In this document: piece by piece, positions 38,778-49,056 of the stretch
Layout: the number at the start of each line of letters is the position of its first letter
How positions within the stretch are numbered: position 1 is the stretch's first letter
Assembly: GCA_020631855.1 (NCBI GenBank)
Contig: JACKGU010000001.1
Location: forward strand, 295,601-359,600
Direction of reading: 5' to 3'
Source of the DNA: Candidatus Nomurabacteria bacterium
GTDB taxonomy: Bacteria; Patescibacteriota; WWE3; UBA101185; UBA10185
DNA: 64,000 bases
The notes under the pieces: model-generated
The model's input: the letters and a program-made list of their open reading frames with translations, nothing else
Database searches by the model: none
Told to the model about the DNA's origin: nothing
Program-made: the position numbers and the translations under genes

Positions 38778-40658
38778 ATGGGTAAAATAATAGGCATAGA
38801 CCTAGGTACAACAAACAGTGCGATGGCCGTAATGGAAAGTGGCCAACCAAAAATAATTCCAAACTCTGAGGGTATGAATACAACTCCCTCGATAGTAAAC
38901 CCTACTGCAAACTTGGTAGGCGTAGCTGCAAAGAGACAGCAGGTGGTAAATCCAAAAAACACCATTTTCAGCATCAAAAGGCTGATAGGTATGAAGTTCA
39001 ACGATCCTGAGATTGACACACTCAAAAAAAACTATCCCTACACTATAGTGGAAGGTAAAAATGGAATGGCTGCAGTAGAGGTAGACGGGAAAACCTTCAC
39101 GCCACAAGAAATATCAGCCATGATTTTAAGAAAACTTAAAGCTGATGCTGAAAAATATTTGGGGCAAGAAGTAACAGAGGCGGTAATTACCGTCCCTGCC
39201 TACTTTAATGACGCGCAAAGATCAGCAACTAAAGAAGCCGGACAAATAGCAGGCTTAGAGGTTAAAAGAATAATTAACGAGCCTACTGCAGCTTCTCTAG
39301 CCTATGGCTTGGATAAGAAATCAAATGAAAAGATAGTGGTTTATGACTTAGGTGGAGGAACCTTTGATGTTTCTGTACTTGAGGTGGGAGACGGAGTTTT
39401 TGAGGTTAAATCAACGAACGGAGATACACATTTAGGGGGAGATGACTTTGACGTATGTTTAATAAATTGGCTGCTTGAGGAGTTTAAGAAAGAAACAGGC
39501 ATAGAACTAACTCAAGACAAGCAAGCAATGCAAAGACTAAAAGATGCAGCGGAAAAAGCCAAAATAGAGCTATCAAGTACTCTTGAAACAGAAGTAAATA
39601 TACCTTTCATCACTGCAGATGCAAATGGCCCAAAACACATGAATATTAAACTCACTCGATCTAAATACGAACAACTAGTCGAGGAGTTGATTAATAAAAC
39701 ACTCAAGCCAATAGAAAACGCACTAAAAGATGCGTCCTTAGATAAAGGGCAGATAGACGAAATTGTGATGGTCGGAGGTATGACTAGAACTCCAAAAGTG
39801 AACGAGGTTGTTAAAAAATCTTTCGGAAAAGAGCCGCATAAAGGAGTTAACCCCGATGAAGTTGTTGCAATTGGGGCCGCTATACAAGGGGGCGTACTAG
39901 GTGGGGACGTAAAAGATGTTCTACTACTCGATGTCACACCCCTAACCTTGGGGATCGAAACACTAGGCGGAATTATGACTCCTTTAATTAAACGGAACAC
40001 AACAGTGCCGACTGCAGCAAATCAAATATTCAGCACTGCTGCCGATAGCCAAACTAGCGTGGAAATAAACATTCTTCAAGGAGAACGCGAAATGGCAATA
40101 GATAACAAGAGTCTTGGCCGCTTTATATTAGACGGAATACCGCCGGCCCCAAGAGGCGTTCCTCAGATAGAAGTTACATTTGACTTAGATGCCAGCGGCA
40201 TAATACACGTTAGCGCCAAAGACAAGACCTCAGGCAAAGAACAAAAAATAAAGATTGAAGGTGGAACAGGCCTTAGTCAAGAAGAAATAGATAAAATGGT
40301 AAAAGACGCCCAACTTCATGCTGAAGAAGATAAAAAGAAAAAAGAACAAATAGAGGCCAGGAATATAGCTGATAACATGTGCCATGCCGCAGAGAAAGCC
40401 TTAAAGGATTCCGAAGGTAAGCTGACAGAGGAAATTGTTTCTGATATTACAGCTAAGGTGAAGGGTGTCAGAGATGTTCTGTCCACAGCTTCCACAGAAG
40501 AACTCAAGCAAAAAACCGAAGAGTTAAGTAGCGCTATGCAGAAAATAGGAGAGCACCTTGCAAAGCAATCACAAACCGGCACGGAAGAGCAAGGAAATGA
40601 CCCTAAAAGAGAAGGTCCGGAGGATGAAGTAACAGAAGGGGAAGTGGTGCAAGAGTAG
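38778..40658 (+). CDS. dnaK: Chaperone DnaK (Hsp70)
   Basis: 626 aa; '[10 protein letters not shown]', 'DLGGGTFD', 'VGGMTRTP' Hsp70 signatures. Confidence 0.97.
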   Translation: MGKIIGIDLGTTNSAMAVMESGQPKIIPNSEGMNTTPSIVNPTANLVGVAAKRQQVVNPKNTIFSIKRLIGMKFNDPEIDTLKKNYPYTIVEGKNGMAAVEVDGKTFTPQEISAMILRKLKADAEKYLGQEVTEAVITVPAYFNDAQRSATKEAGQIAGLEVKRIINEPTAASLAYGLDKKSNEKIVVYDLGGGTFDVSVLEVGDGVFEVKSTNGDTHLGGDDFDVCLINWLLEEFKKETGIELTQDKQAMQRLKDAAEKAKIELSSTLETEVNIPFITADANGPKHMNIKLTRSKYEQLVEELINKTLKPIENALKDASLDKGQIDEIVMVGGMTRTPKVNEVVKKSFGKEPHKGVNPDEVVAIGAAIQGGVLGGDVKDVLLLDVTPLTLGIETLGGIMTPLIKRNTTVPTAANQIFSTAADSQTSVEINILQGEREMAIDNKSLGRFILDGIPPAPRGVPQIEVTFDLDASGIIHVSAKDKTSGKEQKIKIEGGTGLSQEEIDKMVKDAQLHAEEDKKKKEQIEARNIADNMCHAAEKALKDSEGKLTEEIVSDITAKVKGVRDVLSTASTEELKQKTEELSSAMQKIGEHLAKQSQTGTEEQGNDPKREGPEDEVTEGEVVQE

Positions 40659-40688
40659 AGTTTACGGACAGATTCTGAGTGTCTTTTG

Positions 40689-40714
40689 GTGTGCGGGCCG
40701 TAAGGCCCGCACAC
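40689..40714 (+). promoter_or_regulatory. 11-bp GC-rich hairpin (GTGTGCGGGCC-guaa-GGCCCGCACAC) between dnaK and dnaJ
   Basis: Perfect stem with a GNRA-type tetraloop and no U-tract. Likely a partial terminator or mRNA-stability element setting the dnaK:dnaJ ratio. Confidence 0.5.
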
Positions 40715-40746
40715 TACGTTAAAACTAAGAGAAAGAAAAGAACAAT

Positions 40747-41661
40747 ATGGAAAAAAGAGATTACTATGAAATACTAGGCATTTCTAAAAGCGCCTCTCCG
40801 GAAGAAATAAAAAGCGCTTACAGAAAACTTGCCAGAGAGCACCATCCGGATATGGTAAAAGATGGGGACAAGGCAGCTGCTGAGAAAAGATTTAAAGAAA
40901 TAAATGAAGCTTATCAAATATTAAGCGAGCCCGATAAAAGAAAAATGTACGATCAATTCGGCCACGAAGGCGCTAAATATCGAAATACCGGACAAGGTTT
41001 TAGCGGGGGAGGCGCCGGAGGTCCTTTCAGCTATACCTACACAACGGGAGGCGCGGGCTTTGACGGAATAGATCCTTTTGATATATTCGAACAATTTTTC
41101 GGGTTTCGCGGCTTCGGGGGAAGAAGGCAAAACAAAGGAAAGAATCTTTACTACGAACTACATGTTGCATTTGAAGACGCAGTGCATGGTGCAAAAAAAG
41201 ATATAACCACAGAAGCCGGCAAAATAACAATAAAAATCCCGCAAGGAGCCAGAGACGGTATAGAGCTAAGATTCGCGGGCAAGGGAATGCCGGGTCCGGC
41301 AAAAGACATACCTAACGGAGATTTATTTATAACATTAAGGATCGCAACACCGAAGATTTTTCAAAGAGCCGGAGATAATCTTGGGACACTACTAAAAATT
41401 GACTTCATTCAGGCTATATTGGGTGACGAGGTGCCTGTAGATGTAATAGATACATCAGAGAAAACAGGCATGGGCCACGTGAAACTTAAAATACCAGCGG
41501 GTACTCAAAACGGGGCCCAATTCAGGCTTAAAAACCGAGGTATGCCGAAACTTCAAGGAACAGGACAAGGAGATTTAATAGTTCAAGTTGAGGTAATAAC
41601 ACCAAAAAAAGTTTCAAAGAAACAGAAACAGCTACTTGAAGAATACCGTAAAAACTCATAA
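40747..41661 (+). CDS. dnaJ: DnaJ-family co-chaperone lacking the Cys-rich zinc-finger domain
   Basis: 304 aa; J-domain '[31 protein letters not shown]', G/F-rich linker, C-terminal substrate-binding domains; no CxxCxGxG repeats. Confidence 0.85.
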   Translation: MEKRDYYEILGISKSASPEEIKSAYRKLAREHHPDMVKDGDKAAAEKRFKEINEAYQILSEPDKRKMYDQFGHEGAKYRNTGQGFSGGGAGGPFSYTYTTGGAGFDGIDPFDIFEQFFGFRGFGGRRQNKGKNLYYELHVAFEDAVHGAKKDITTEAGKITIKIPQGARDGIELRFAGKGMPGPAKDIPNGDLFITLRIATPKIFQRAGDNLGTLLKIDFIQAILGDEVPVDVIDTSEKTGMGHVKLKIPAGTQNGAQFRLKNRGMPKLQGTGQGDLIVQVEVITPKKVSKKQKQLLEEYRKNS

Positions 41662-41797
41662 AACAGGCATGGTAAGGGGGCGACTTTAGTACAACGCCGG
41701 TCTTAAAATAACATAATCATCAATGCACTATTTTAAGTTGCTAGATTTTCCTGTACACTTTCATACACACAAACTTAACATGGGAAGTTAAAGAATC

Positions 41798-42469
41798 ATG
41801 ACAACTATTTATCTAGTTAGACACGGAGAAAACCTAGCAAACATTACCAGAGAACTTTCTTATAAACACATAGACTATGAGCTGACGAACAAAGGACATT
41901 TTCAAGCAGCTCAAACTGCTACAGCCTTTGATAATATAACCATAGATGCAATCTACTCTTCTCCTCTTAAAAGAGCGATGCAAACGGCAGAATATATAGC
42001 TAAAAGAAAGAAACTAATACCAAAAATTTTAGAAAACTTCAGAGAAATAAATATGGGAAAGGTCGAAGGGATGAAGCCAAATGAAGAAAGTTGGAAACAA
42101 TATTTTTTAATCACACATAAATGGTATATGGGCGAAGAAGACATAAGCTTTCCTGAAGGAGAAAACTACTCTCAGCTAGTTAACCGCTTTGCAACGGGCC
42201 TACTAGAAGCAATCAAAAAAACTCTGCACGGTAATATTGCAGTTATTGGGCATGCAGGCATCTTTGCAGCCGGAGTGATCCATCTTTGTAAAATAGAAAA
42301 TAAAAAAGAGTTTTCTGCTATACAAAACCATAACTGCTCAATAAGCGAGCTGTCGGTCACACAAAACAATCAAAACCTATCTTACTCCTTAGTCAAGTGG
42401 GCCGACAGCTCGCACTTAACGGGCAGCGCCGCGAAACTAGTTAAAGGCATGCCCGAATCGTCATCCTGA
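41798..42469 (+). CDS. Histidine phosphatase family protein (phosphoglycerate-mutase-like)
   Basis: 223 aa; 'IYLVRHGEN' RHG catalytic motif, downstream 'GHAG' His. Confidence 0.75.
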   Translation: MTTIYLVRHGENLANITRELSYKHIDYELTNKGHFQAAQTATAFDNITIDAIYSSPLKRAMQTAEYIAKRKKLIPKILENFREINMGKVEGMKPNEESWKQYFLITHKWYMGEEDISFPEGENYSQLVNRFATGLLEAIKKTLHGNIAVIGHAGIFAAGVIHLCKIENKKEFSAIQNHNCSISELSVTQNNQNLSYSLVKWADSSHLTGSAAKLVKGMPESSS

Positions 42470-42609
42470 GGCCAAGCTTGACCAACACACTTAATGTGTG
42501 GTAATTTACCTAGTGGACTTAAAAGGTGCTTAAAAACACCTATTAGCAAAAAACCATTATTCTTAGCCCAAGCTTAGGCTTGGAAAGATTAACTATAAAA
42601 ACAAAATGA

Positions 42610-42632
42610 GGTGGGAAGTTCCCGCCTTTTTT
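42610..42632 (+). terminator. Intrinsic terminator (GGUGGG-aaguu-CCCGCC followed by U6) 47 nt upstream of the nusA start
   Basis: Stem 42610-42626 then TTTTTT at 42627-42632. Preceded by three more hairpins in the 209-nt spacer (CACAC-uuaa-GUGUG; GGUG-cuuaaaaa-CACC; CCAAGC-uuag-GCUUGG). Confidence 0.6.
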
Positions 42633-42678
42633 GATAGAATTATACTGTTAGTAAAGGTTAATTGCTAAAGTAATAAAT

Positions 42679-43815
42679 TTGGATAAAAAAATGGCAACAA
42701 CAGAATTTAAAGCAGCATTAATACAGGTGGCAACTGAAAGAGGAATATCGGCCGAAGATGTTATAGAGTCTATTAAAAGTGCGCTGATTTCGGCATACAA
42801 AAAAGATTATGGGGCTGATCTCACTGAAGAGCAAATAGAGGAAATTACTGTAATTGTTGATCCTGACACCGGAGAAGCTAAAATAATTAAAGACAAGAAA
42901 GACGTTACGCCTCCGGGATTTGGCCGCATTGCAGCTCAGACGGCAAAACAGGTTATTTTGCAAAAAATACGCGAAAGCGAGAAAAAGGTCTTATTCGACG
43001 AATTTAAAGATAAGATAGGAATCTTAATTACAGGACAAATTTTTAGAATTGAGAACGGTCTTATTATATTGGACATCGGAAAAGCACAGGGCGTACTACC
43101 TCAGTCGGAACAAGTTGAGAATGAGCATTACAGAATTAATCAAAGACTAAAAGTTTACGTAAAAGACGTTAGAACAGGCCCTAGAGGCACAGAAGTAATT
43201 TTAAGCAGGAGCGACGCTGAATTAGTAAGAAGGCTTTTTGAACAGGAAGTTCCTGAAGTGTCCTCCGGGGTCGTAGAAATAAAAGCTATAGCTAGAGAAG
43301 CCGGCTCACGAACAAAAATAGCGGTTTCATCAAACGACGCAAAAATAGATCCGGTGGGCAGCTGTGTGGGCCAAAAGGGTGTAAGAGTACAGGCTATAAT
43401 CTCAGAGCTATTCGGGGAAAAAATAGATATAATCCCCTTTTCTGCTAGTATTGAAAAGTACATAGCAGCAGCGCTATCGCCAGCTAGAGTTACGGGAGTA
43501 GAAATAATCGAAGATGAAAATAGGGCCGTAGTATCGGTTCCGGAAGATCAGCAGAGCCTTGCTATAGGACGCGAAGGACAAAACGCCCGCCTAGCAAATA
43601 AACTAACTAAATGGAAAATAGATATAAAGGGCACAAAAGGGGTATTCGACACAACCGAAGACACATCTTCACAGTCAACTGAAAATAGGGATGTGGTAGG
43701 AGTATGGGACGCTGCTATTGAAAAAGTAAACAAGCAGTTAGAGGACTCTGCCAAAACAACAGAAGAAAAAATACAAGAAAACACTGAGAGCGAAAAAACA
43801 GAATCTACCCAATAG
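42679..43815 (+). CDS. nusA: Transcription termination/antitermination factor NusA
   Basis: 378 aa; N-terminal RNAP-binding domain, S1 region, KH motifs 'GSRTKIAVSSNDAKIDPVGSCVGQKGVRVQAI' and 'LAIGREGQNARLA'. Confidence 0.9.
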   Translation: MDKKMATTEFKAALIQVATERGISAEDVIESIKSALISAYKKDYGADLTEEQIEEITVIVDPDTGEAKIIKDKKDVTPPGFGRIAAQTAKQVILQKIRESEKKVLFDEFKDKIGILITGQIFRIENGLIILDIGKAQGVLPQSEQVENEHYRINQRLKVYVKDVRTGPRGTEVILSRSDAELVRRLFEQEVPEVSSGVVEIKAIAREAGSRTKIAVSSNDAKIDPVGSCVGQKGVRVQAIISELFGEKIDIIPFSASIEKYIAAALSPARVTGVEIIEDENRAVVSVPEDQQSLAIGREGQNARLANKLTKWKIDIKGTKGVFDTTEDTSSQSTENRDVVGVWDAAIEKVNKQLEDSAKTTEEKIQENTESEKTESTQ

Positions 43816-43937
43816 TAAGACCTAAACAAGAAGCATTAGAGTGTGAGGAAAAAAATAAAAGGGCTTTTTAAATCCTTCCCGTGCTAAAATATTGCGTTAG
43901 ATTTACACATAATTAAAAGATCGGTGTATAGTAAAAG

Positions 43938-45440
43938 GTGAACATGAGTACAACAAATAAAACAAATACTAAATCAAATAAAGCTGTGAGACCTCCTATT
44001 GTAACAATAATGGGACATGTGGACCACGGTAAAACGAGCATACTGGATTACATTAGAAAAACAAAAATCCAAGAACGAGAGTACGGCGGAATAACTCAGC
44101 ACATAGGCGCATACCAAATAAGTCATAAATCTAAATTGATAACATTTATCGATACACCGGGGCACGCAGCCTTTTCTCAAATGCGTTCCAGAGGGGGCAA
44201 AGCTGCCGATTTGGTGGTTTTAGTTGTAGCCGCTGAAGAAGGCGTAAAGCCGCAAACAAAAGAAGCGATTCTACACGCTAAAGCGGCTGGGGTACCAATT
44301 ATTGTTGCAATAAACAAAATAGATAAACCCGGCGCGGATTCTCAAAAAGTAAAACAAGAGCTTGCCCAAGCCAATATAATGGTCGAGGATTGGGGCGGAG
44401 ACATAGTATGTGTAGAAACCTCAGCAATCTCCGGAAAAGGCATATCTGAGCTTTTAGACGCCATTTTAGCTGTAGCCGAGATGGAGAATTTAGTAGCAGA
44501 CAGCAATGCGGAACTTGAAGCAATAATCATTGAATCAAAACTTGACCCTAAAAGAGGTGTGGTTGTAAGTTGCATAGTTAAAAGCGGCTCCTTGAAAGTC
44601 GGCTCTGAAGTTACGGGCAGCGGCATAGAGGCAAAAGTAAAATCAATGGTAAATCCTTATGGTATAAGCATTGATATCGCAGGCCCTTCTACCCCTGTTG
44701 AAATACTGGGTTTTAAAACCACGCCGCACATAGGCGATTTGATTGTCGAAAAAGGAAGCGAACTTGCTGAGTTAAGCATTGTTGATGATCACAACGAAGT
44801 TATAGGGGCTAACACAAAACGTACTGTAGGAATTATTATTAGAGCCGACACGCAAGGCACACTCGAAGCAGTTAAACAGAGCCTAGCCAACCTCATTACC
44901 GAATCGGTGGGCTTAGACTTTTCTATAAAATTTGTACACACTGCAACGGGAGATATTACAGACTCAGACGTACTTCTGGCTTCAACAACCGACAGCGTTA
45001 TCGTGGGCTTTAATGTTAAAGAGGGAAAATCGGTTACTGAGCTCGCATCAGAACTAAAAGTAACAGCAAAAACATATAAAACTATATACGACCTCATAGA
45101 TGAAATAAAGGATCTTTTAGAAGGTACTGCGATTAAAGAGGAGCAAAAAATAAAAGGTCGTGCTCAGGTTATAAAAAAGTTTAAACTTCCATCCGGAGAC
45201 GTAATTTTGGGCAGTAAAATTTTGGCAGGAAAAGTAAAAGAAAACGACAGGGTCGGCATATTTCTAATCAATCCATCAGAGGCCACCGAGCAAGATACGC
45301 CTCTATATTACTCTAAAATTAAGAAAATCAAGGTTCAAAAAAACGAAGTAAAAGAAATAAAAAAAGGTCTTGAATGCGGCCTACTGTTAAAACCTCAAAT
45401 AGACGAAATCGAGCCCGGCATGTACATAGAAGTTCTTTAG
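43938..45440 (+). CDS. infB: Translation initiation factor IF-2 (short, 500 aa; G-domain onward)
   Basis: '[18 protein letters not shown]', 'DTPGHAAF', 'NKIDK' and the C-terminal beta-barrel domains. Confidence 0.9.
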   Translation: MNMSTTNKTNTKSNKAVRPPIVTIMGHVDHGKTSILDYIRKTKIQEREYGGITQHIGAYQISHKSKLITFIDTPGHAAFSQMRSRGGKAADLVVLVVAAEEGVKPQTKEAILHAKAAGVPIIVAINKIDKPGADSQKVKQELAQANIMVEDWGGDIVCVETSAISGKGISELLDAILAVAEMENLVADSNAELEAIIIESKLDPKRGVVVSCIVKSGSLKVGSEVTGSGIEAKVKSMVNPYGISIDIAGPSTPVEILGFKTTPHIGDLIVEKGSELAELSIVDDHNEVIGANTKRTVGIIIRADTQGTLEAVKQSLANLITESVGLDFSIKFVHTATGDITDSDVLLASTTDSVIVGFNVKEGKSVTELASELKVTAKTYKTIYDLIDEIKDLLEGTAIKEEQKIKGRAQVIKKFKLPSGDVILGSKILAGKVKENDRVGIFLINPSEATEQDTPLYYSKIKKIKVQKNEVKEIKKGLECGLLLKPQIDEIEPGMYIEVL

Positions 45441-45507
45441 AAACTGCAGTTCGCAAGCAAATAAGGCCAATACATTGACACTATAGGACATTTATTGTAT
45501 ACTCTAC

Positions 45508-46191
45508 GTGTTCCAGCCCATACAGATTAATATGCAGATAGAAAACTACGACAATAATCAAATAGCCGAGCTTTTGCGTGATGCAAAAAGCGTTGGCATA
45601 ATAGCCTCAAGACTAAATCAACCGGATACTTTCTGTGCCGCTTCTGGACTCTACTTGATGCTCAAAAATACGTTCGAAGACAAAGAAATTAAACTTATTT
45701 ACAAAGGCGACATCCCCACAGAATGCAGCAATTTAATAAATAGCGAAGACGTTCACGCCAATGTCGATGAGAGAGACTTGGTAGTGACTGTGAACTACAA
45801 AGGGACAAGCGCATCAAAGGTACAATATAGCACTGAAGACGGAGTATTTCAGTTCAGGCTCGGCCCTGTGCCGAAATATTTTGATTTGGGCAACATTCAA
45901 AGCGTACTTTCAGGATTCGACTTCGATGTTGTGGTTACCATAGGTATTCCTGACCTCGAGGTAACAGGGAGTCTATACAGTAGCCTGAAGCACGAACTTA
46001 GCAGCGCAAAAATTGTAAACATAGACAATACAGGACTAAATAAAAGGTTTGGGAGCGTCAATGTAATTGATACGCAAGCAAGCTCACTTAGTACACTGGT
46101 CTTTAATTTAGCGGCAGAATGGAAACTCAAACCAACTGCAAAATCTGCAAAAATGCTGTTAGTAGGGGTTTCATCTACAAGCATAGACTAG
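45508..46191 (+). CDS. Hypothetical protein with possible degenerate DHH-phosphoesterase (NrnA-like) layout
   Basis: 227 aa; 'IIASRLNQPDTFCAASGLYLML' vs NrnA '[23 protein letters not shown]'; 'KIVNIDNTGLNKRFGSV' vs 'KLMKIDHHPNEDPYGDL' (DHH replaced by DNT). Sits between infB and rpsO, where rbfA/truB or a DHH nanoRNase sit in other bacteria. Confidence 0.3.
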   Translation: MFQPIQINMQIENYDNNQIAELLRDAKSVGIIASRLNQPDTFCAASGLYLMLKNTFEDKEIKLIYKGDIPTECSNLINSEDVHANVDERDLVVTVNYKGTSASKVQYSTEDGVFQFRLGPVPKYFDLGNIQSVLSGFDFDVVVTIGIPDLEVTGSLYSSLKHELSSAKIVNIDNTGLNKRFGSVNVIDTQASSLSTLVFNLAAEWKLKPTAKSAKMLLVGVSSTSID

Positions 46192-46230
46192 TTGAAATAA
46201 GTATTTAATATTGTTACAATGTTTTAGCAT

Positions 46231-46491
46231 ATGGCATTAGATAAAAAGAATAAAACACAATTAATACAAGGTAGCAGACTTCACGATACCGACACAGGTT
46301 CCCCAGAGGTTCAAATAACTATATTGTCAAAAAGAATAGCCGAACTTTCTGAACACCTAAAAAAACACAAAAAAGACAACCACTCACGAAGAGGTCTTTT
46401 GCAAATGGTAAATAAACGAAGAAGGCTCCTTGCATTTTTGAAGAAAAAAGATCCTGAAAGATTCGAGAAATACGTAGAAAAACACGAGTAA
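46231..46491 (+). CDS. rpsO: 30S ribosomal protein S15
   Basis: 86 aa; '[54 protein letters not shown]' is canonical S15. Confidence 0.95.
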   Translation: MALDKKNKTQLIQGSRLHDTDTGSPEVQITILSKRIAELSEHLKKHKKDNHSRRGLLQMVNKRRRLLAFLKKKDPERFEKYVEKHE

Positions 46492-46506
46492 TGGCTTTTC
46501 CATATA

Positions 46507-46540
46507 TCGGGGTATAGCGCCCGAAACTTTTTCAGTTTTT
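46507..46540 (+). terminator. rpsO terminator / pnp leader hairpin (UCGGG...CCCGA + U-rich)
   Basis: Hairpin 46507-46524 followed by AACTTTTTCAGTTTTT. Two further hairpins in the 273-nt rpsO-pnp spacer (GTGCT-ucaa-AGCAC; ATACGC-aca-GCGTAT). Confidence 0.45.
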
Positions 46541-46764
46541 CCATATTTATAGAGTATCTTGAGGCCAAGCCTGGGATCCATGTGCTTCAAAGCACTTAGG
46601 CAGATTTGCCAAATATACGCACAGCGTATAAAGTATATAGTTGAAAGTATAAAAATTAAGGCGGAAGCTTTGTGATTAGGGTCAGACATAATGTACATAA
46701 TGTTTTAAATATTATGGATAGTATCTCTCATCTTAGTCACACAACAGCACTCCGAATAAAATAA

Positions 46765-48999
46765 ATGAAACAAGTCAAAAAAGAAATAGACTTTAACGGT
46801 AAAAAAATTACGCTTGAAACAGGCAAATTAGCCCCTCAAGCAAATGTATCAATCAAGGCCACATACGGCGAAACGGTCATCTTGGTGACCGCAGTGTCAG
46901 GCGGGCAGAATCCAGACCTGGATTACTTCCCTCTTCAGATGTCTTACGAAGAGAAACTTTATGCAAGCGGAACAATAAAAACTTCCAGATTTGTAAAAAG
47001 AGACGGAAGACCCACTGACGATGCAACAGTCACACGAAGACTCATAGATAGAGCTATTAGACCTCTTTTTCCGGATGACTTTTCGGATGAAATACAAATA
47101 ATCATGACAGTATTATCCTTGGACGAAGATTCCGATCCTGCATTTCTAGCGGGCTTGGCGGCTTCTGCTGCGCTGCAAGCCTCAAATATTCCATTTGAAG
47201 GCCCCATGATTCCTGTAAAAGTAGGCTATGCGGATCAAAAATATATTCTCATACCGACCAGAAAACAAACCGAAGAAGATTCCGATCTTAATATGATGGT
47301 CTCTTTTTCAGGAACAGATAGAAAATTTTTATCAATTGATGCCAGCGCCAATATCTTGCCAGAAAAAGTAATTTTAGGAGCAATAGAATTTGCAAGAGAT
47401 AACGCGGAACCATTGTTAAACCTAGTTATGGATTTCGCTAAGGAATATAATCCAGATGGTACGAAATATACTTATATTTCATCAAAACCTTCGGATGAAG
47501 TCATTAACTCCGTAAAAGCAATTGTAAAAGACGAGCTCGCAACGTTAATAAAGGGAAACTACAAGTACAACGAAGCTTTAAATAATCAAAAGAGCATGCT
47601 TGTAGAAAAAGTCTTTACAGAACTTGAAGGCAAGTTTAAGAAATCCGAAATGGTTAAAGCGCTGGAGAAAATAGAGAAAAACATAGCTCGAGCTCTCATA
47701 ATGGAATCAGGAAAAAGAATTGACGGTCGTTCAGAGAGCGACCTTAGACCGATTTCAGGAGAAGTCGGGCTATTGCCACGAACACACGGCAGCGGATTAT
47801 TTAACAGAGGGCTGACTCAAGCTCTAACAGTTGCTACATTAGGAAATCCTTCTTTAGAGCTGCTTATTCAAGACATGTATGGAGAAAAAACAAAACGATA
47901 CCTCCATTACTATAACTTCCCTCCTTTTGCTACAGGCGAAGTAGGACGAATAGGCGGAGCCAATCCAAGAGAAATTGGCCATGGGATGTTAGCTGAAAAA
48001 GCACTTGTCCCTGTAATACCAAGCAAAGAAGAGTTTCCATATACAATTTTACTTATGACCGAAACTTTATCTTCAAACGGCTCCAGCTCGATGGCCGCGA
48101 CATGTGGCTCTACCCTGGCTCTGATGGATGCTGGCGTACCAATTAAAGGCGCTGTAGGAGGAGTTGCAATGGGACTTATGGCAAACGAAGATCAATCAGA
48201 ATTTATGATTCTTAACGATCTTAGCGGCTATGAAGACTCTGTTGGCTACATGGACTTTAAAATGACAGGAACAAAAGAAGGAATAACCGCTATACAAGTC
48301 GACATCAAACTAAAAGGCTTACCAATGGACTTGATTCCGAGAATAATTGAGAAATCGAGAGAAGCTCGACTGGAAATTATTGAAAAAATAGAAGAGATTA
48401 TCTCCTCACCAAGAGATAGTTTGAGTAAATACGCGCCGAAAATGTGTGTAGTCAAGATTGATCCTACAAAAATCGGAATGGTTATAGGCAGCGGAGGCAA
48501 AACCATCAAGGAAATTCAGGAGCAGACTAATACTGAGCTTGGCATCGATGATGATGGGACAGTATTTATCTCAGGAGAATCCGAAGAAGATGTTGCACGC
48601 GCTCAAGGAATGGTTGAGGGCCTGACCAAGGATATTGAGGTTGGAGAAGTGTACGAAGGAACTGTAAAAGAAATAGTAGACTTTGGTGCTTTCGTAGAAA
48701 TTCTTCCTAATAAACAAGGGTTACTTCATATAAGCGAGATTACAGATGATTACGTAGAAAAGGCTTCAGATCACCTAAAAGAAGGTCAAGTGGTTACCGT
48801 AAAGGTAATAGAAACAGGCCCTAATGGAAAAGTCTCTCTATCGATGAGAGCCATGAATCCCGGGTATGAGCCCAAACCAAGGCACAGCGACAGAGGAGGA
48901 AGATCTTCAAGTGGCGGACACAGCGGGCGCGATAGAAACTCACACAATTCCGGAGGCGGAAGAGATAGAGGCGGAAGGAACTTCAGAGATAGAAGATAG
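46765..48999 (+). CDS. pnp: Polyribonucleotide nucleotidyltransferase (PNPase) with RGG/RDR-rich C-terminal tail
   Basis: 744 aa; two RNase PH domains, KH ('IGMVIGSGGKTIKEI'), S1 ('GEVYEGTVKEIVDFGAFVEIL'). Tail 'GGHSGRDRNSHNSGGGRDRGGRNFRDRR'. Confidence 0.97.
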   Translation: MKQVKKEIDFNGKKITLETGKLAPQANVSIKATYGETVILVTAVSGGQNPDLDYFPLQMSYEEKLYASGTIKTSRFVKRDGRPTDDATVTRRLIDRAIRPLFPDDFSDEIQIIMTVLSLDEDSDPAFLAGLAASAALQASNIPFEGPMIPVKVGYADQKYILIPTRKQTEEDSDLNMMVSFSGTDRKFLSIDASANILPEKVILGAIEFARDNAEPLLNLVMDFAKEYNPDGTKYTYISSKPSDEVINSVKAIVKDELATLIKGNYKYNEALNNQKSMLVEKVFTELEGKFKKSEMVKALEKIEKNIARALIMESGKRIDGRSESDLRPISGEVGLLPRTHGSGLFNRGLTQALTVATLGNPSLELLIQDMYGEKTKRYLHYYNFPPFATGEVGRIGGANPREIGHGMLAEKALVPVIPSKEEFPYTILLMTETLSSNGSSSMAATCGSTLALMDAGVPIKGAVGGVAMGLMANEDQSEFMILNDLSGYEDSVGYMDFKMTGTKEGITAIQVDIKLKGLPMDLIPRIIEKSREARLEIIEKIEEIISSPRDSLSKYAPKMCVVKIDPTKIGMVIGSGGKTIKEIQEQTNTELGIDDDGTVFISGESEEDVARAQGMVEGLTKDIEVGEVYEGTVKEIVDFGAFVEILPNKQGLLHISEITDDYVEKASDHLKEGQVVTVKVIETGPNGKVSLSMRAMNPGYEPKPRHSDRGGRSSSGGHSGRDRNSHNSGGGRDRGGRNFRDRR

Positions 49000-49012
49000 C
49001 TTGAATTTTGTA

Positions 49013-49039
49013 TGCGGCACATTACCAATGTGCCGCATA
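49013..49039 (+). terminator. 11-bp hairpin (ATGCGGCACAT-uacca-ATGTGCCGCAT) downstream of pnp
   Basis: Perfect inverted repeat 13 nt after the pnp stop. Weak U-tract (ATCTGATAGAATTT). Confidence 0.45.
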
Positions 49040-49056
49040 TCTGATAGAATTTAAAC

